Source of the DNA: Gammaproteobacteria bacterium | GTDB lineage: Bacteria; Pseudomonadota; Gammaproteobacteria; JACCYU01 | DNA length: 64,000 bases | Reading direction: 5' to 3' | Assembly (NCBI GenBank): GCA_013695765.1 | Contig: JACCZW010000085.1 | Span: 935 to 64,934, forward strand | Part shown: positions 9,468 to 19,827 of the stretch, in pieces | How positions within the stretch are numbered: the first letter of the stretch is position 1 | Layout: each line of letters starts with the position of its first letter | Program-made: the position numbers and the translations under genes | Notes under the pieces: model-generated | Told to the model about the DNA's origin: nothing | The model's input: only the letters and a program-made list of their open reading frames with translations | Database searches by the model: none

Positions 9468-11762
9468 TTAAAAAATAGTGCCGATATTGAACTGAAAAGT
9501 TTCGGTTTCGTCGCCCGGCTGGTCATTTAACGCCTGCGCCAGACTGAATGTCAACGCGCCCACCGGCGTGATCCAGCTGGTCGAAACGCCGACCGAGGTG
9601 CGAATCTCGCTGACCTCGAATGCACCTACGTCCGCGAAGACATTGCCCGCGTCGAAAAATACGCCGAAGCGCAGGTTGCTCCCTTCTTCCGTGAACGGCG
9701 GCGGGAACAGCAGCTCGATATTGCTGATCACGCGAAAGTTGCCGCCAAGCGGATCCCGAAACACGGTGCTATCTTCCGGGCCCAGACTGTTGGCCGCATA
9801 GCCGCGCACCGTACCGAAACCGCCGCCATAGTATTTCTCGAAAAACGGCAGATCGGTGGTGCCGCCATAACTGTTGCCGTACGCGACCTCGCCGTTGAGC
9901 GATAAAGTCAATCCGGACGTGAGCGGAATATAGCCCTGATTACTGTAGTCCGCGCGATAGTACTCCAGATCGCTACCCGGCACCGCGACATCCAGATTGA
10001 GCTCCTGCAGGTTACCGCGGTCGGCGAACACAGTCTTGTTGCGTGTGTCGTGAATCAGGCTGCCGCCAAACTGGTAGATATTGTATGCGTTGCCATTGTC
10101 CCTCAGAAAGGTGCGAATCTCCTGCGCGGTGTTGACAGTCGTATCGATACTCACGTTCTGATAACCCGCGGTCGCCTGCAGCGTATCGAACTCGCTGAAC
10201 GGGATGCCATACACCACGTCGGCGCCCAACTGTTCGGCATTGTAATCGGAGATATTCGCCTCGCTGGCGTCCGTCTTGCTGTAATTCAGGTTGAACCCGC
10301 GGCTCACGCCGTCGATGGTGTAATAGGGATTGGTGTAGGAAATGCTGTAGACGGTATTGAAATCGCTGTTATCAAAACGCACCCCGACGCGCCGCCCGGT
10401 GCCCAGAAAGTTTTCCTGCGTAACGGACAAATTAAACAGCAGACCCTGGCTTTGCGAAAAGCCGGCGCCAATGGCGAAGTTGCCCGCCAGCCGCTCCCTG
10501 ATGCTGACGTTGAGGTCCACCATGTCGTTGACACCTGGCACCCGTTCGGTATTGACCTCGACCGACTCGACGTAGGCCAGCCGCTGCACGCGCTGACGGG
10601 ACAGTTCGATGTCGGTCAGGTCATACCAGCCGCCCTCGATCTGACGCAGCTCGCGCCGGTAGACCTCGTCGGAGGTGGTGGTGTTGCCGAGAATGTTGAT
10701 TCTTCTAACGTAAATCCGCTGACCGGGATCGACAAAGAACGCCAGGCTCACTTCCTTGGCCACCTCGTCGATTTCGGGAATCGGGTTGATGCTGGCGAAT
10801 GCGTATCCTTCTCTGCCCAGCCGTCGCGTGATGTCGTCCACGATCCTGATCACGCGGCTGCGGGAAAAGGTGTCGCCGGACCTGATCACCAGCAGGCGCT
10901 GCAGGTCGTCCTTTGGCACGATAAACGTGCCCGCCAACTGCACGTCACTGACCTTGTATTGGTCACCCTCATCGATGTTGATGCCGATGTAAATGTCCTG
11001 CTTGTCGGGGGTGATAGCCACTTGCGTCGAATCGATATTGAACTGCAGATAACCCTCGTCCAGATATTGCGTACGCAGCAACTCAAGATCGCCGGTCAGC
11101 TTCTCCTGCGAGTACTGGTTGCGGCTGCTGAAAAACGCCCACCACGCGGGAATGCCGGAGGCAAAATCTTCGGTGAGTTCGTCTTCTTCGAAAGCCCGGT
11201 TACCGACCACGTTGACTCGCTTGATGGTCGCGATCTCGCCTTCCGTTATGTCAATTTTGATATCGACCCGATTGCGCTCCAGCGGCTTTACCGTGGTTTT
11301 GATGCGCGCGCTGTATTTGCCACGGGCGAGGTACTGCTGCGTCAGCTCCTGCTCCAGCCGCTCCAGCACCGAGCGGTTGAAGACGCGGCCGCGCGCGATC
11401 TCCACGCTGCCCAGCGCCTCGGTCAGGTCTTCGTCGGAGATGTCTTCGTTGCCGTCGAACGTGATGTCCGAGATCGCCGGGCGCTCCTCTAACACCACGA
11501 TCAGCACATCGCCCCGTCGCCGCAGGGTGATGTCGCTAAAAAAACCCGTGCCGTACAGCGCGCCCACGATTTCCGCGCTGCGTTCGTCGGTAAACCGGTC
11601 GCCCACCTGAATCGGTAGATAGGTGAACACCGTACCCGCCTCGATTCGGCCCAGCCCTTCGAGCTCGATATCTTCGATGACGAATGACGCAGCGTGGACG
11701 TTACTGGCAAAAAGCAGCAGTGCGCCGGTCAAAACCAGCGTTTTGAATACGCGAAATATCAC
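9468..11762 (-). CDS. bamA: outer membrane protein assembly factor BamA
   Basis: 764 aa with a signal peptide, POTRA repeats and a C-terminal beta-barrel ending ...FQFNIGTIF. The GTG start overlaps the rseP TAG stop by 1 nt. Confidence 0.95.
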   Translation of the reverse strand: MIFRVFKTLVLTGALLLFASNVHAASFVIEDIELEGLGRIEAGTVFTYLPIQVGDRFTDERSAEIVGALYGTGFFSDITLRRRGDVLIVVLEERPAISDITFDGNEDISDEDLTEALGSVEIARGRVFNRSVLERLEQELTQQYLARGKYSARIKTTVKPLERNRVDIKIDITEGEIATIKRVNVVGNRAFEEDELTEDFASGIPAWWAFFSSRNQYSQEKLTGDLELLRTQYLDEGYLQFNIDSTQVAITPDKQDIYIGINIDEGDQYKVSDVQLAGTFIVPKDDLQRLLVIRSGDTFSRSRVIRIVDDITRRLGREGYAFASINPIPEIDEVAKEVSLAFFVDPGQRIYVRRINILGNTTTSDEVYRRELRQIEGGWYDLTDIELSRQRVQRLAYVESVEVNTERVPGVNDMVDLNVSIRERLAGNFAIGAGFSQSQGLLFNLSVTQENFLGTGRRVGVRFDNSDFNTVYSISYTNPYYTIDGVSRGFNLNYSKTDASEANISDYNAEQLGADVVYGIPFSEFDTLQATAGYQNVSIDTTVNTAQEIRTFLRDNGNAYNIYQFGGSLIHDTRNKTVFADRGNLQELNLDVAVPGSDLEYYRADYSNQGYIPLTSGLTLSLNGEVAYGNSYGGTTDLPFFEKYYGGGFGTVRGYAANSLGPEDSTVFRDPLGGNFRVISNIELLFPPPFTEEGSNLRFGVFFDAGNVFADVGAFEVSEIRTSVGVSTSWITPVGALTFSLAQALNDQPGDETETFQFNIGTIF

Positions 11763-13123
11763 TAACTCAGCAGTCTTGAGAAGTCGTTATAAAAGGCGAG
11801 CGCCATGAGTCCCGCCAGCGCCGCAAGTCCGATTCGCTGGCCCACGGCCTCGGTAGACTCCGACACCGGGCTGCCCTTGACCAGCTCGATGATGTAATAA
11901 AGCAGATGGCCGCCGTCCAGTATCGGCACGGGCAGCAGGTTCAGAATACCGATACTGATGCTGAAGATCGCCAGCGCGCCGAGAAACGCCGAGACGCCAA
12001 TCGCCGCCGACACACCCGCGTACTGCGCGATGGTGATCGGACCGCTGACGTTTTTCAGCGACGCCTCACCGCTCACCAGCTTCCACAGCACGCGCACGGT
12101 AAGCACCGACAAATCCCAGGTCCGCGAGGCGGCCAGGCCTAAAGCGCTGACGGGGTTATAGCTTACGTCCACCCGCATTGCATCGAGTTCGGCCTGGTCG
12201 ATATGCGGATACGCGCCGATGCGACCGATCCTAGAGTCGCCATCGCGCTCCGCGTCGGTACGCACGTGCTGCGGCAACGTCTGACCGTCGCGTTCTATGT
12301 CAAGTTTGATGTTCTGGTCAGGACGTGCGCGTACGTAATTCACCCACTGTTCCCAGTTCGCGATCGGGCGACCATCGGCGCGCAGTATGCGGTCGCCTGT
12401 GCGCAGGCCGCCACGCTCGGCGGGGCCATTGGCGGTCAATTCTCCCAGTACGGCCTCATAAGCCGGCTGCCACGGCGTGATACCTAAAGTCGTCAGCAGA
12501 TTGTCGTCGCCCAGGACCTCGCGCGTGTCGTTAAGATCAAGCTTAAGCGTACGCATGCCGCCGGCCTCGCCGCGTAATCCTAAGCTTACGTCGCCCTGCT
12601 CCAGCGCCTGCTCGATGAGCGTGATGCTCGCGGCCTCCCAGGTCGGGGTGCGTTCGCCGTTGACGCGCGTTATCTCGTCGCCGCGCTCGATCCCTGCCCG
12701 GGCCGCGATGCCATCGGGCGCGACATCGCCGATGACCGGTTTGACGCCACTGACGCCGAGCATGAACATCAGCCAGTAGGCGACCACCGCGAGCAGAAAA
12801 TTTGCTAGCGGGCCGGCCGCGACGATGGCAAACCGCGTACTCACCGGCTGCCGGTTGAACGCCCGCTCACGCTCGGACGCCTCAACCGGTCCTTCGCGCT
12901 CGTCCAGCATTTTCACGTATCCGCCCAGCGGGATCGCAGCGATCACATAATCAGTGCGATCCGGCCCGTAAGTACGCTTCCACAGCGGCTTGCCGAAGCC
13001 GATTGAAAACTTGAGCACCTTGACACCCAGCCGCTTGGCTACCCAGAAGTGGCCGAACTCATGAAAGCCCACCAGAATGCTGATCGTCGCGGCAAAGGCG
13101 AGAATGCTGATGAGGATGGTCAC
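11762..13123 (-). CDS. rseP: RIP zinc metalloprotease RseP
   Basis: HEFGHFWVAKRLGV zinc motif, PDZ region and the NLLPVPILDGGH motif. The start is placed at GTG 13123, just after the dxr stop, which gives about 453 aa like E. coli RseP. The longest ORF (start 13204) would overlap dxr. Confidence 0.9.
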   Translation of the reverse strand: MTILISILAFAATISILVGFHEFGHFWVAKRLGVKVLKFSIGFGKPLWKRTYGPDRTDYVIAAIPLGGYVKMLDEREGPVEASERERAFNRQPVSTRFAIVAAGPLANFLLAVVAYWLMFMLGVSGVKPVIGDVAPDGIAARAGIERGDEITRVNGERTPTWEAASITLIEQALEQGDVSLGLRGEAGGMRTLKLDLNDTREVLGDDNLLTTLGITPWQPAYEAVLGELTANGPAERGGLRTGDRILRADGRPIANWEQWVNYVRARPDQNIKLDIERDGQTLPQHVRTDAERDGDSRIGRIGAYPHIDQAELDAMRVDVSYNPVSALGLAASRTWDLSVLTVRVLWKLVSGEASLKNVSGPITIAQYAGVSAAIGVSAFLGALAIFSISIGILNLLPVPILDGGHLLYYIIELVKGSPVSESTEAVGQRIGLAALAGLMALAFYNDFSRLLS

Positions 13124-13127
13124 GGAG

Positions 13128-14390
13128 TCAGGCGCGCGCCGCGATGTATTGCGCGGCCATGGCGCGCGCGGCCTTGTCGGCGGCAAGGATCGTCGGAAGA
13201 TCATCGGCGCAGGTGGGGGCGATCTGCGTCAGCGCATGGTCGATGACCCGCGGAATATCCGTAAACGCGATCTGCTCATCCAGAAAACTCTGCACGGCCA
13301 CTTCGTTCGCGGCGTTCAGCACCGTGGTCGCGGTGCCGCCGGCGCGCAGCGCGTCGTAGGCGAGTTGCAGACATGGAAAGCGCGCCGGTTCGAGGGCAAG
13401 AAACTCCAGTTTGGCGACCTCGACCAGATCCAGCGCGCGCACACCAGAGGCGATGCGCGAGGGCCACGCCAGCGCGTGCGCGATGGGCGTGCGCATGTCC
13501 GGATTCCCCAGTTCCGCCAGCACGGAGCCATCGACGAATGCCACCATCGAATGCACCACGCTTTGCGGATGCAGCACCACCTGCACCTGCTCCGGCGTGC
13601 AATCGAACAACCAGCAGGCTTCGATAACCTCCAGCCCCTTGTTCATCATGGTCGCGGAATCCACCGAAATCTTGCGTCCCATCTTCCAGTTCGGGTGCGC
13701 GCAGGCTTGCGCGGATGTCACATTCTCAAGTTCGGACAGCGGCATGTCTCTGAACGGCCCGCCGGAAGCGGTCAACAATATTTGCTTCACGCCGGCGTCG
13801 TGCAGTCCTGTTCGCAGGACATCGGCCGTCGCATCGTCCGCCTGGCATCCCGGAGGCAGGCATTGAAACACCGCATTGTGCTCGCTGTCGATGGGCAACA
13901 GGCAGGCATGGTTGTCATGCACCGTGCGCATCAGCAGGGAGCCTGCCATAACCAGCGACTCCTTGTTCGCGAGCAACACGCGTTTACCGGCTCTCGCGGC
14001 CGCCAGGGTGGACAACAACCCGGCGGCGCCGACGATCGCTGCCATGACCGAATCGACATTGAAGTCACGCACGACCTGTTCCAGTCCCGCATCGCCCGCG
14101 AGCACCTCAATGCGCAGCCCGGCCGCGCGCAACCTGCCTCGCAACTCATCGGCCTTGCCCGCATCGTGCATGACCGCACGTTCCGGCTGGTGCTCGACGC
14201 ATTGTCCGTACAGCGTATCGACATCACGATTGGCGGCCAGCGCCGCAACGCGAAAGCGATCGGGATGACGCCGGATCACATCCAGAGTATTGATGCCAAT
14301 CGTCCCGGTCGATCCCAATACCGCGACCTTCGACGGCGCAGCGACGGTGCAAATGGCGTGCGCGAGACTATGCGGTGGCGAGTCGGGCAT
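13128..14390 (-). CDS. dxr: 1-deoxy-D-xylulose-5-phosphate reductoisomerase
   Basis: The homologous part starts at ATG 14390 (MPDSPPHS...KVAVLGSTGTIGINTLDV, NADPH motif GSTGxIG). The stop-free frame extends to 15158 but overlaps cdsA entirely and is a high-GC artefact. Confidence 0.92.
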   Translation of the reverse strand: MPDSPPHSLAHAICTVAAPSKVAVLGSTGTIGINTLDVIRRHPDRFRVAALAANRDVDTLYGQCVEHQPERAVMHDAGKADELRGRLRAAGLRIEVLAGDAGLEQVVRDFNVDSVMAAIVGAAGLLSTLAAARAGKRVLLANKESLVMAGSLLMRTVHDNHACLLPIDSEHNAVFQCLPPGCQADDATADVLRTGLHDAGVKQILLTASGGPFRDMPLSELENVTSAQACAHPNWKMGRKISVDSATMMNKGLEVIEACWLFDCTPEQVQVVLHPQSVVHSMVAFVDGSVLAELGNPDMRTPIAHALAWPSRIASGVRALDLVEVAKLEFLALEPARFPCLQLAYDALRAGGTATTVLNAANEVAVQSFLDEQIAFTDIPRVIDHALTQIAPTCADDLPTILAADKAARAMAAQYIAARA

Positions 14391-14395
14391 GGTGC

Positions 14396-15256
14396 TCAGC
14401 GCGGGGACAGGTGCACCCAGTGCAATCCCAGTACGAACGGCGGCGCGGCGGCCATCACGCTGTCGATGCGATCCAGCACGCCGCCATGACCGGGCAGGAT
14501 GCGGCCACTGTCTTTCACCCCCGCTCGACGCTTGAGCAGGCTTTCGAACAGATCTCCGGCGACCGACAGCAAGGTGGTGATCAGGCACACGCCAATGAAA
14601 TAAACCCACTCGCTCAAGGGCAACGCGAACCACCAGGCGCCGCCTACGGCCAGTACGCCATTTGCCGCCAGCGCGCCATACAGCCCTTCGCGCGTCTTGG
14701 CCGGACTGATCACCGGCGCCAGCGGCGTGCGTCCGAACCGCTTGCCAGCGAAATACGCGGCGGAGTCCGCTCCCCACACCAGCAGCAACACGAACATCAG
14801 CCAGCCTGGACGCGGCGCCAGCCGATGCAGCTCGATCATCGCTATCCAGGCGGGCAACAGCGCGAACAGTCCCGCGCACCGCAGCCCCACTGTACTCGCC
14901 CGACCGCGGGTGGCGCCAGGCTGGTAAACCGCCATGATCATCAACGCCACCAGCCACCACAAAACGCCCGCTACGATGGGCACCAGGGTCCAGCCGTCGG
15001 CGAACAACCGCCAGACCAGACACGCGCTGCCCGCCGTCGCGGCCAGATACCAGATCCGCAGGTCGCGTCTCAGTATCCCGGTAAGTCGCGTCCATTCCCA
15101 CGCGCCCAGCAGGATGATCGCCAGCAATACGACCGCCATCGCGGCCGAGGACAGCCACAGCGCGGCTGCGGCCATGCCCAAAGCCATTACGGCGCCGGTG
15201 GCGAGCCGCTTTTCAAGCTGTGTGAGCACTCTAGAGCTGCTCGCCCGTTTTTCCAT
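14396..15256 (-). CDS. cdsA: phosphatidate cytidylyltransferase
   Basis: Polytopic membrane protein with the C-terminal signature SLLKRRAGVKDSGRILPGHGGVLDRIDS. The start is uncertain: ATG 15256 overlaps uppS by 26 nt, and GTG 15229 is the alternative. Confidence 0.88.
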   Translation of the reverse strand: MEKRASSSRVLTQLEKRLATGAVMALGMAAAALWLSSAAMAVVLLAIILLGAWEWTRLTGILRRDLRIWYLAATAGSACLVWRLFADGWTLVPIVAGVLWWLVALMIMAVYQPGATRGRASTVGLRCAGLFALLPAWIAMIELHRLAPRPGWLMFVLLLVWGADSAAYFAGKRFGRTPLAPVISPAKTREGLYGALAANGVLAVGGAWWFALPLSEWVYFIGVCLITTLLSVAGDLFESLLKRRAGVKDSGRILPGHGGVLDRIDSVMAAAPPFVLGLHWVHLSPR

Positions 15257-15959
15257 AGCGGCGTTGCCGACGGGCGAATGAGGCGAGCGCACTGTCCAGC
15301 GCAACCTGGTCAAAATCCGGCCACAAAACATCGGTGAAATAAAGTTCGGTATACGCCAGTTGCCATATCAAAAAGTTACTGATGCGGTGTTCGCCGCCGG
15401 TGCGAATAAAAAGGTCGGGCTCCGGCATGCCGGCCGTGACAAGGCGCCCCTCGATCGCCTCGGTGGTGATGTTTTCGCCACCCACGCCCCGAACCGCGAT
15501 GTCGTCCACCAGGCCGCGCACCGCCTGCACGATATCCCAGCGCCCGCCGTAATTGGCCGCGACGTTGAGCAGCAGATCGCCGCCGCCTGCGGTCGCCTGT
15601 TCGGTCAGTTCGATCTGACGCCGCAGCTTGACCGAGAAAGCCGCGCGATCGCCGATGAATCGTAACCGCACGCCGTTGGCGGCCAGCTCCCGCGCTTCGC
15701 GACGCAGTGTCGAGAAAAACAACTCCATCAAGGTGCTTACTTCGGCCTGCGGGCGCCGCCAGTTTTCGCTGCTGAATGCGAACAGGGTCAGCACTTCGAT
15801 GCCACGTTCGCCACAGGCGCGCACGACCTTGCGCGTCGCCACCACACCCTGTCGATGCCCGGCCGTGCGCGGCAACAGCCGTGCCCGGGCCCAGCGCCCG
15901 TTACCGTCCATAACGATGGCGACGTGGCGCGGCACCAACTGGCCGGACGCACCTTTCAC
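15231..15959 (-). CDS. uppS: di-trans,poly-cis-undecaprenyl-diphosphate synthase
   Basis: Contains HVAIVMDGNGRWA and RTGGEHRISNFLIWQLAYTELYF motifs. GTG start. Confidence 0.93.
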   Translation of the reverse strand: MKGASGQLVPRHVAIVMDGNGRWARARLLPRTAGHRQGVVATRKVVRACGERGIEVLTLFAFSSENWRRPQAEVSTLMELFFSTLRREARELAANGVRLRFIGDRAAFSVKLRRQIELTEQATAGGGDLLLNVAANYGGRWDIVQAVRGLVDDIAVRGVGGENITTEAIEGRLVTAGMPEPDLFIRTGGEHRISNFLIWQLAYTELYFTDVLWPDFDQVALDSALASFARRQRRYGKTGEQL

Positions 15960-16084
15960 AAGCCGGTCAACTCATCAGGATGGCAGTCGCGGGCACCAGA
16001 ATAGTTATCATAAACAACCTGCAAATTAACGCATTAGTTATTGTTTAACAAGTTGTAAGCGGTAAACCTTTATTGCAAACGGCG

Positions 16085-16642
16085 TCAGATCTCCATCAGA
16101 TCCTGCTCTCTGCGGGCCAATACCTGATCGATCTCCTCGACATACTGATTCGTCAGTTTCTGGATGGCCTCCTGACCGCGATGCTCGTCATCCGAGGAGA
16201 TTTCCTTTTCCCGCGCAAGCTCCTTGATATCGTTGTTGGCGTCGCGCCGAATATTGCGCACGGCCACGCGCGCATTTTCCGCCTCATGGCGCACAACCTT
16301 GACCAGGTCCCGGCGGCGCTCCTCGGTGAGCGCGGGCAGCGGCACGCGGATGACCATGCCGGCGGTGGCGGGATTGAGGCCAAGATCGGAATTCATGATG
16401 GCCTTTTCCACCGCCGACACCATATTTCTCTCCCACGGCGTGACGTTCAGGGTGCGCGAATCCTCCACTGTGACGTTGGCCACCCGGTTGATTGGCGTGG
16501 GCGCACCGTAATAATCCACCATGACCTGATCGAGCAGGCTCGTGTTGGCGCGGCCAGTGCGAACCTTGGACAATTCCTGGCTTAACGCTTCGACGCTCTT
16601 GCGCATGCGCATGGTGGCATCTTTCTTGATATCTTCGATCAT
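16085..16642 (-). CDS. frr: ribosome recycling factor
   Basis: 185 aa with an Frr sequence throughout ([25 protein letters not shown]...). Confidence 0.95.
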   Translation of the reverse strand: MIEDIKKDATMRMRKSVEALSQELSKVRTGRANTSLLDQVMVDYYGAPTPINRVANVTVEDSRTLNVTPWERNMVSAVEKAIMNSDLGLNPATAGMVIRVPLPALTEERRRDLVKVVRHEAENARVAVRNIRRDANNDIKELAREKEISSDDEHRGQEAIQKLTNQYVEEIDQVLARREQDLMEI

Positions 16643-16665
16643 GCCGGCGTTTCCGTTAACAGAAA

Positions 16666-16716
16666 AACCCTGGGCTGCTAGAACCCTGGGCTGCTAAAAC
16701 CCTGGGGCCAAACCCT
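16666..16716. repeat. short tandem repeat (16-nt period, AACCCTGGGCTGCTA) in the pyrH-frr spacer
   Basis: Two perfect copies at 16666-16680 and 16682-16696, followed by two degenerate copies (AACCCTGGGG..., AACCCT...). Confidence 0.7.
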
Positions 16717-16760
16717 CACGCGCAATACTGACTCCGCGGCGCAAATACCTCCGGGCGATG

Positions 16761-17489
16761 TCACTCGCTCGCCACGATGGTACCGACCTGCTCACCCATT
16801 ACTATCCTCAGTAAATCGCCTTCGCGAAAAATATTAAAAATGCGTAAGGGAATATCGTTGTCGCGGCACATCACGATGGCGGTGGCGTCCATCACGCCCA
16901 ATTTGCGCGTGAGCACGTCATCGTAAGTCAGGCGCTCATAACGTTTCGCGTCCGGGTGCTTGACCGGATCGGCGTCGTAGACGCCATCCACCTTGGTCGC
17001 CTTGAGCATCAGGTCGGCGTCGATTTCGCTCGCGCGCAACGCCGCCGCCGAATCGGTGGTGAAGAACGGATTGCCAGTGCCGGCGGCGAACACTACGATG
17101 CGGCCTTTCTCCAGATGGCGCACGGCGCGGCGACGGATGTAGTCTTCGCACACCTGATTGATCTTGATCGCGGACATCACGCGACAGTAAAGACCGCAGC
17201 TTTCCAGCGAGTCCTGCAAGGCAAGTGCGTTGATCACGGTGGCGAGCATGCCCATCTGGTCCGCGGTGACCCGATCCATGCCGGCTTCGGCCAGACCCTT
17301 GCCGCGAAAGATATTGCCGCCGCCGATCACCACCGCGACTTCCACACCGCGCCGATTCAGCTCCCCAAGGTCATTGGCGATGCGGCCGATCACGGCGGGT
17401 TCGATGCCGTAATCCTGCCCGCCCATCAACGCCTCGCCGCTAAGCTTGAGCAGGATGCGTTTGTAGACCGGCCTGGCAACGTCGTTCAT
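16761..17489 (-). CDS. pyrH: UMP kinase
   Basis: The start is placed at ATG 17489 ([21 protein letters not shown]). Contains the [11 protein letters not shown] motif. The upstream ORF extension has no homology. Confidence 0.93.
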   Translation of the reverse strand: MNDVARPVYKRILLKLSGEALMGGQDYGIEPAVIGRIANDLGELNRRGVEVAVVIGGGNIFRGKGLAEAGMDRVTADQMGMLATVINALALQDSLESCGLYCRVMSAIKINQVCEDYIRRRAVRHLEKGRIVVFAAGTGNPFFTTDSAAALRASEIDADLMLKATKVDGVYDADPVKHPDAKRYERLTYDDVLTRKLGVMDATAIVMCRDNDIPLRIFNIFREGDLLRIVMGEQVGTIVASE

Positions 17490-17562
17490 GAGAATGCTGC
17501 CGCGGGTGCAACGCCGTCGATTATATGCATCGCGATCATGCCGCGGCGCCCGCAGCAATAAT

Positions 17563-18450
17563 TCACTCGCCTTTTACCTGGGCCATGACCTCATCGGCGA
17601 AATTGCCGGCCTTTTTCTCGATGCCTTCGCCGACCTCGAAGCGTACGAAGCGCCTGACTTTTGCGCCGGACGCGACGAGCAGCTCGCCAACGGTCTGCTC
17701 GGGATCTTTTACGAACGGTTGCCCGACCAGTGTCACTTCGCCCAGGTATTTCTTGAGGCGGCCCTGCACCATCTTGTCGATAATGGCCGCGGGCTTGCCG
17801 CTCGTTTGCGCCTGCGCTGCGAAGATCGCGCGCTCGTTCGCTAGCACGTCGGCCGGCACCTGATGCTCGTCCACGCATAGCGGCCGGCTTGCGGCCACAT
17901 GCATGGCCACGTCTTTCGCGAGCGCCTCATCGCCGCCGGCGACGTCGACCAGGACGCCGATGCGGCTGCCGTGTAGATAAACGCCCACGTGCCCGTCTTG
18001 TGCCTGCATCAAATCAAGCCGCCGCACCTGCACGTTTTCGCCGAGCTTCGCGACCACGCGCAGACGCTGGTCTTCGAGCGAGACCCCGTCTTCGCCCGCC
18101 AAAGGTAGCGCCATCAGGGCATCGACGTCGGCCGGCTTGTGCCGCGCGGCGGTCTGCGCCAGCGTCTGCGCGAACGCACCGAAATCGTCTCCCTTGGCGA
18201 CAAAGTCGGTTTCGCAGTTGACCTCCACCATGGCGGCTTCGCGCCAGTCGCTGGCCGCGCTGATGCGGATCACGCCCTCGGCGGCGACGCACGACGCGCG
18301 CTTGTCGGCCTTGGCGGTACCTGCTTTGCGCATCGATTCGACGGCCGCGTCCATGTCGCCGTCGCTCGCCGCCAGCGCCTTCTTGCATTCCATCATGCCG
18401 GCCCCGGTGCGCTCGCGGAGTTCCTTGACCATGGCTGCGGTTATCTGCAT
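17563..18450 (-). CDS. tsf: translation elongation factor Ts
   Basis: The start is placed at ATG 18450 ([26 protein letters not shown]) with GAGAGG upstream, giving 295 aa. The 419-aa track ORF is a stop-free upstream extension. Confidence 0.93.
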   Translation of the reverse strand: MQITAAMVKELRERTGAGMMECKKALAASDGDMDAAVESMRKAGTAKADKRASCVAAEGVIRISAASDWREAAMVEVNCETDFVAKGDDFGAFAQTLAQTAARHKPADVDALMALPLAGEDGVSLEDQRLRVVAKLGENVQVRRLDLMQAQDGHVGVYLHGSRIGVLVDVAGGDEALAKDVAMHVAASRPLCVDEHQVPADVLANERAIFAAQAQTSGKPAAIIDKMVQGRLKKYLGEVTLVGQPFVKDPEQTVGELLVASGAKVRRFVRFEVGEGIEKKAGNFADEVMAQVKGE

Positions 18451-18571
18451 GAGCTTACCTCTCGTTATTGCGCTGGCTACGCTACACGTCGCGGCCCTCG
18501 CATTACCAATCTCGTATGACCTTAGTCTTTTCTGGCCGACCTCGTACGACTCTGGTACGACAATTAGGCCG

Positions 18572-19528
18572 TTACGATTCGTTGGTTTTCGACGCCTGCG
18601 CGCCTGCCGCGTGGTCGGCGTCAGGTTCGGCGGTATCCTCTGTACGGCGGGCCGCCGCACTTCGATCCAGTGACGGCGATGTATCCGCTGAAGGGTGCGC
18701 CGGGCGCGCGCCATTGGTCGCCGCGCGTCTGGGCGCCGCGGCTTTCGCTCTCGGCGTCGCCCGGTTACGAGTGTTGGCGCGCGTGCGGGGTTCGCCATTT
18801 TCGTCGAGTTCGACGAACTCATCCTCGGCGCCCGGCGCTGCGCGCCGCTGCATCAATCCGTCGGCGACCGCATCGGCGACGCCACCGGTGTAAAGCTGAA
18901 TGGCGCGGATCGCGTCGTCATTGCCGGGAATCACATAATCGATGCCCTCGGTGGAATGATTGGTGTCGACCACGGCCACCACCGGAATGTTGAGTTTGAT
19001 GGCCTCGTCGACCGCGATGCTTTCGTAACCGACATCGATCACGAACAGCACGTCCGGCGGACTGGTCATCTCCTTGATGCCGCCCAGGCTGCGCTGCAGC
19101 TTGTCCATTTCGCGCGTGAGCTTGAGAATCTCTTTTTTGCCCAGACGTTCGAAGGTGCCGTCTTCATTCATCTGCTGCAGATCCGTAAGCCGCTTGATGG
19201 ACTTGCGCACGGTCTGAAAGTTGGTAAGCATGCCGCCCAGCCAGCGATGATTGACGTAAGGCATGCCGCAGCGGGCAGCCTGCTCGCCTACAGGCTCGCG
19301 CGCGGAACGCTTGGTGCCGACAAACAGGATCTTGCCGCCATCCGCGGCCATGCGGCCGAGGTAATTGATGGCGTCATTGAACAGCGGCAGGGTTTTTTCG
19401 AGATTGATGATGTGAATCCGGTTGCGCTCGCCGAAAATAAACGGCGCCATTCTGGGATTCCAGTAGCGGGTCTGATGCCCGAAATGCACGCCAGCTTCGA
19501 GCATCTGGCGCATGGTAACGTTGGCCAT
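18572..19528 (-). CDS. rpsB: 30S ribosomal protein S2 with a long C-terminal tail
   Basis: Starts [27 protein letters not shown], with GGAG 8 nt upstream of ATG 19528. The core ends around ...EDEFVELDE, where E. coli S2 ends. About 70 further Ala/Arg/Pro-rich residues follow before the stop. Confidence 0.9.
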   Translation of the reverse strand: MANVTMRQMLEAGVHFGHQTRYWNPRMAPFIFGERNRIHIINLEKTLPLFNDAINYLGRMAADGGKILFVGTKRSAREPVGEQAARCGMPYVNHRWLGGMLTNFQTVRKSIKRLTDLQQMNEDGTFERLGKKEILKLTREMDKLQRSLGGIKEMTSPPDVLFVIDVGYESIAVDEAIKLNIPVVAVVDTNHSTEGIDYVIPGNDDAIRAIQLYTGGVADAVADGLMQRRAAPGAEDEFVELDENGEPRTRANTRNRATPRAKAAAPRRAATNGARPAHPSADTSPSLDRSAAARRTEDTAEPDADHAAGAQASKTNES

Positions 19529-19583
19529 GAACAAACTCCATTAAGTGCGGGTTGGGCCTCCATACGCCCCCGGCGGCGACACC

Positions 19584-19613
19584 GAATCTGAATGGATGTT
19601 GCGATTCAGATTT
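19584..19613 (-). promoter_or_regulatory. stable hairpin in the rpsB 5' leader (possible S2 autoregulatory element)
   Basis: 10-bp inverted repeat GAATCTGAAT/ATTCAGATTT with a 10-nt loop, 55-85 nt upstream of the rpsB ATG. The functional link is an inference from the known S2 autoregulation of rpsB-tsf leaders. Confidence 0.3.
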
Positions 19614-19827
19614 CAGCGCACCCGGCCGCTGGTGCCGGCGTATGTGCGGATTTGTGGCGGATCGACAAGGGTCAACCGCGCTACGCAAACGCCGTAAAAG
19701 CTTGCCGGAGTTTGCGCGCGATGCGCGCGCTTTATACCATACCCGGCTATCGGCAACAATGAATCGGCGGCATAATATGGTGGATCAAGCCTGCGTCCGC
19801 GCGCCGCGCGGCTCCCACATCCCGGCC

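Noticed and set aside
10050-11492. 480-aa ORF antisense to bamA. Similar long antisense or alternate-frame ORFs occur at 13077..14489, 19831..20559, 36472..37242, 51519..52667, 55528..56529 and 57758..59086.
   Set aside because: They lie entirely inside genes with unambiguous homology on the other strand. Their composition is Arg/Ala/Gly/His-rich and low in complexity, and they lack SD sites. They are stop-poor frames typical of high-GC DNA.
14391-15158. In-frame upstream extension of the dxr ORF (the 676-aa track ORF).
   Set aside because: The extension overlaps cdsA completely and has no DXR homology. The DXR sequence begins at ATG 14390, right after the cdsA stop.
16666-16716. Considered whether the tandem repeats here or at 41334-41375 could be CRISPR arrays.
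   Set aside because: The units are 15-16 nt with no spacers and there are only 2-4 copies. This is not CRISPR architecture, and no cas genes are in the window.
18451-18822. Upstream extension of the tsf ORF (419 aa) overlapping the rpsB tail.
   Set aside because: EF-Ts homology and a good SD begin at ATG 18450. The extension is Arg/Pro-rich with no homology.
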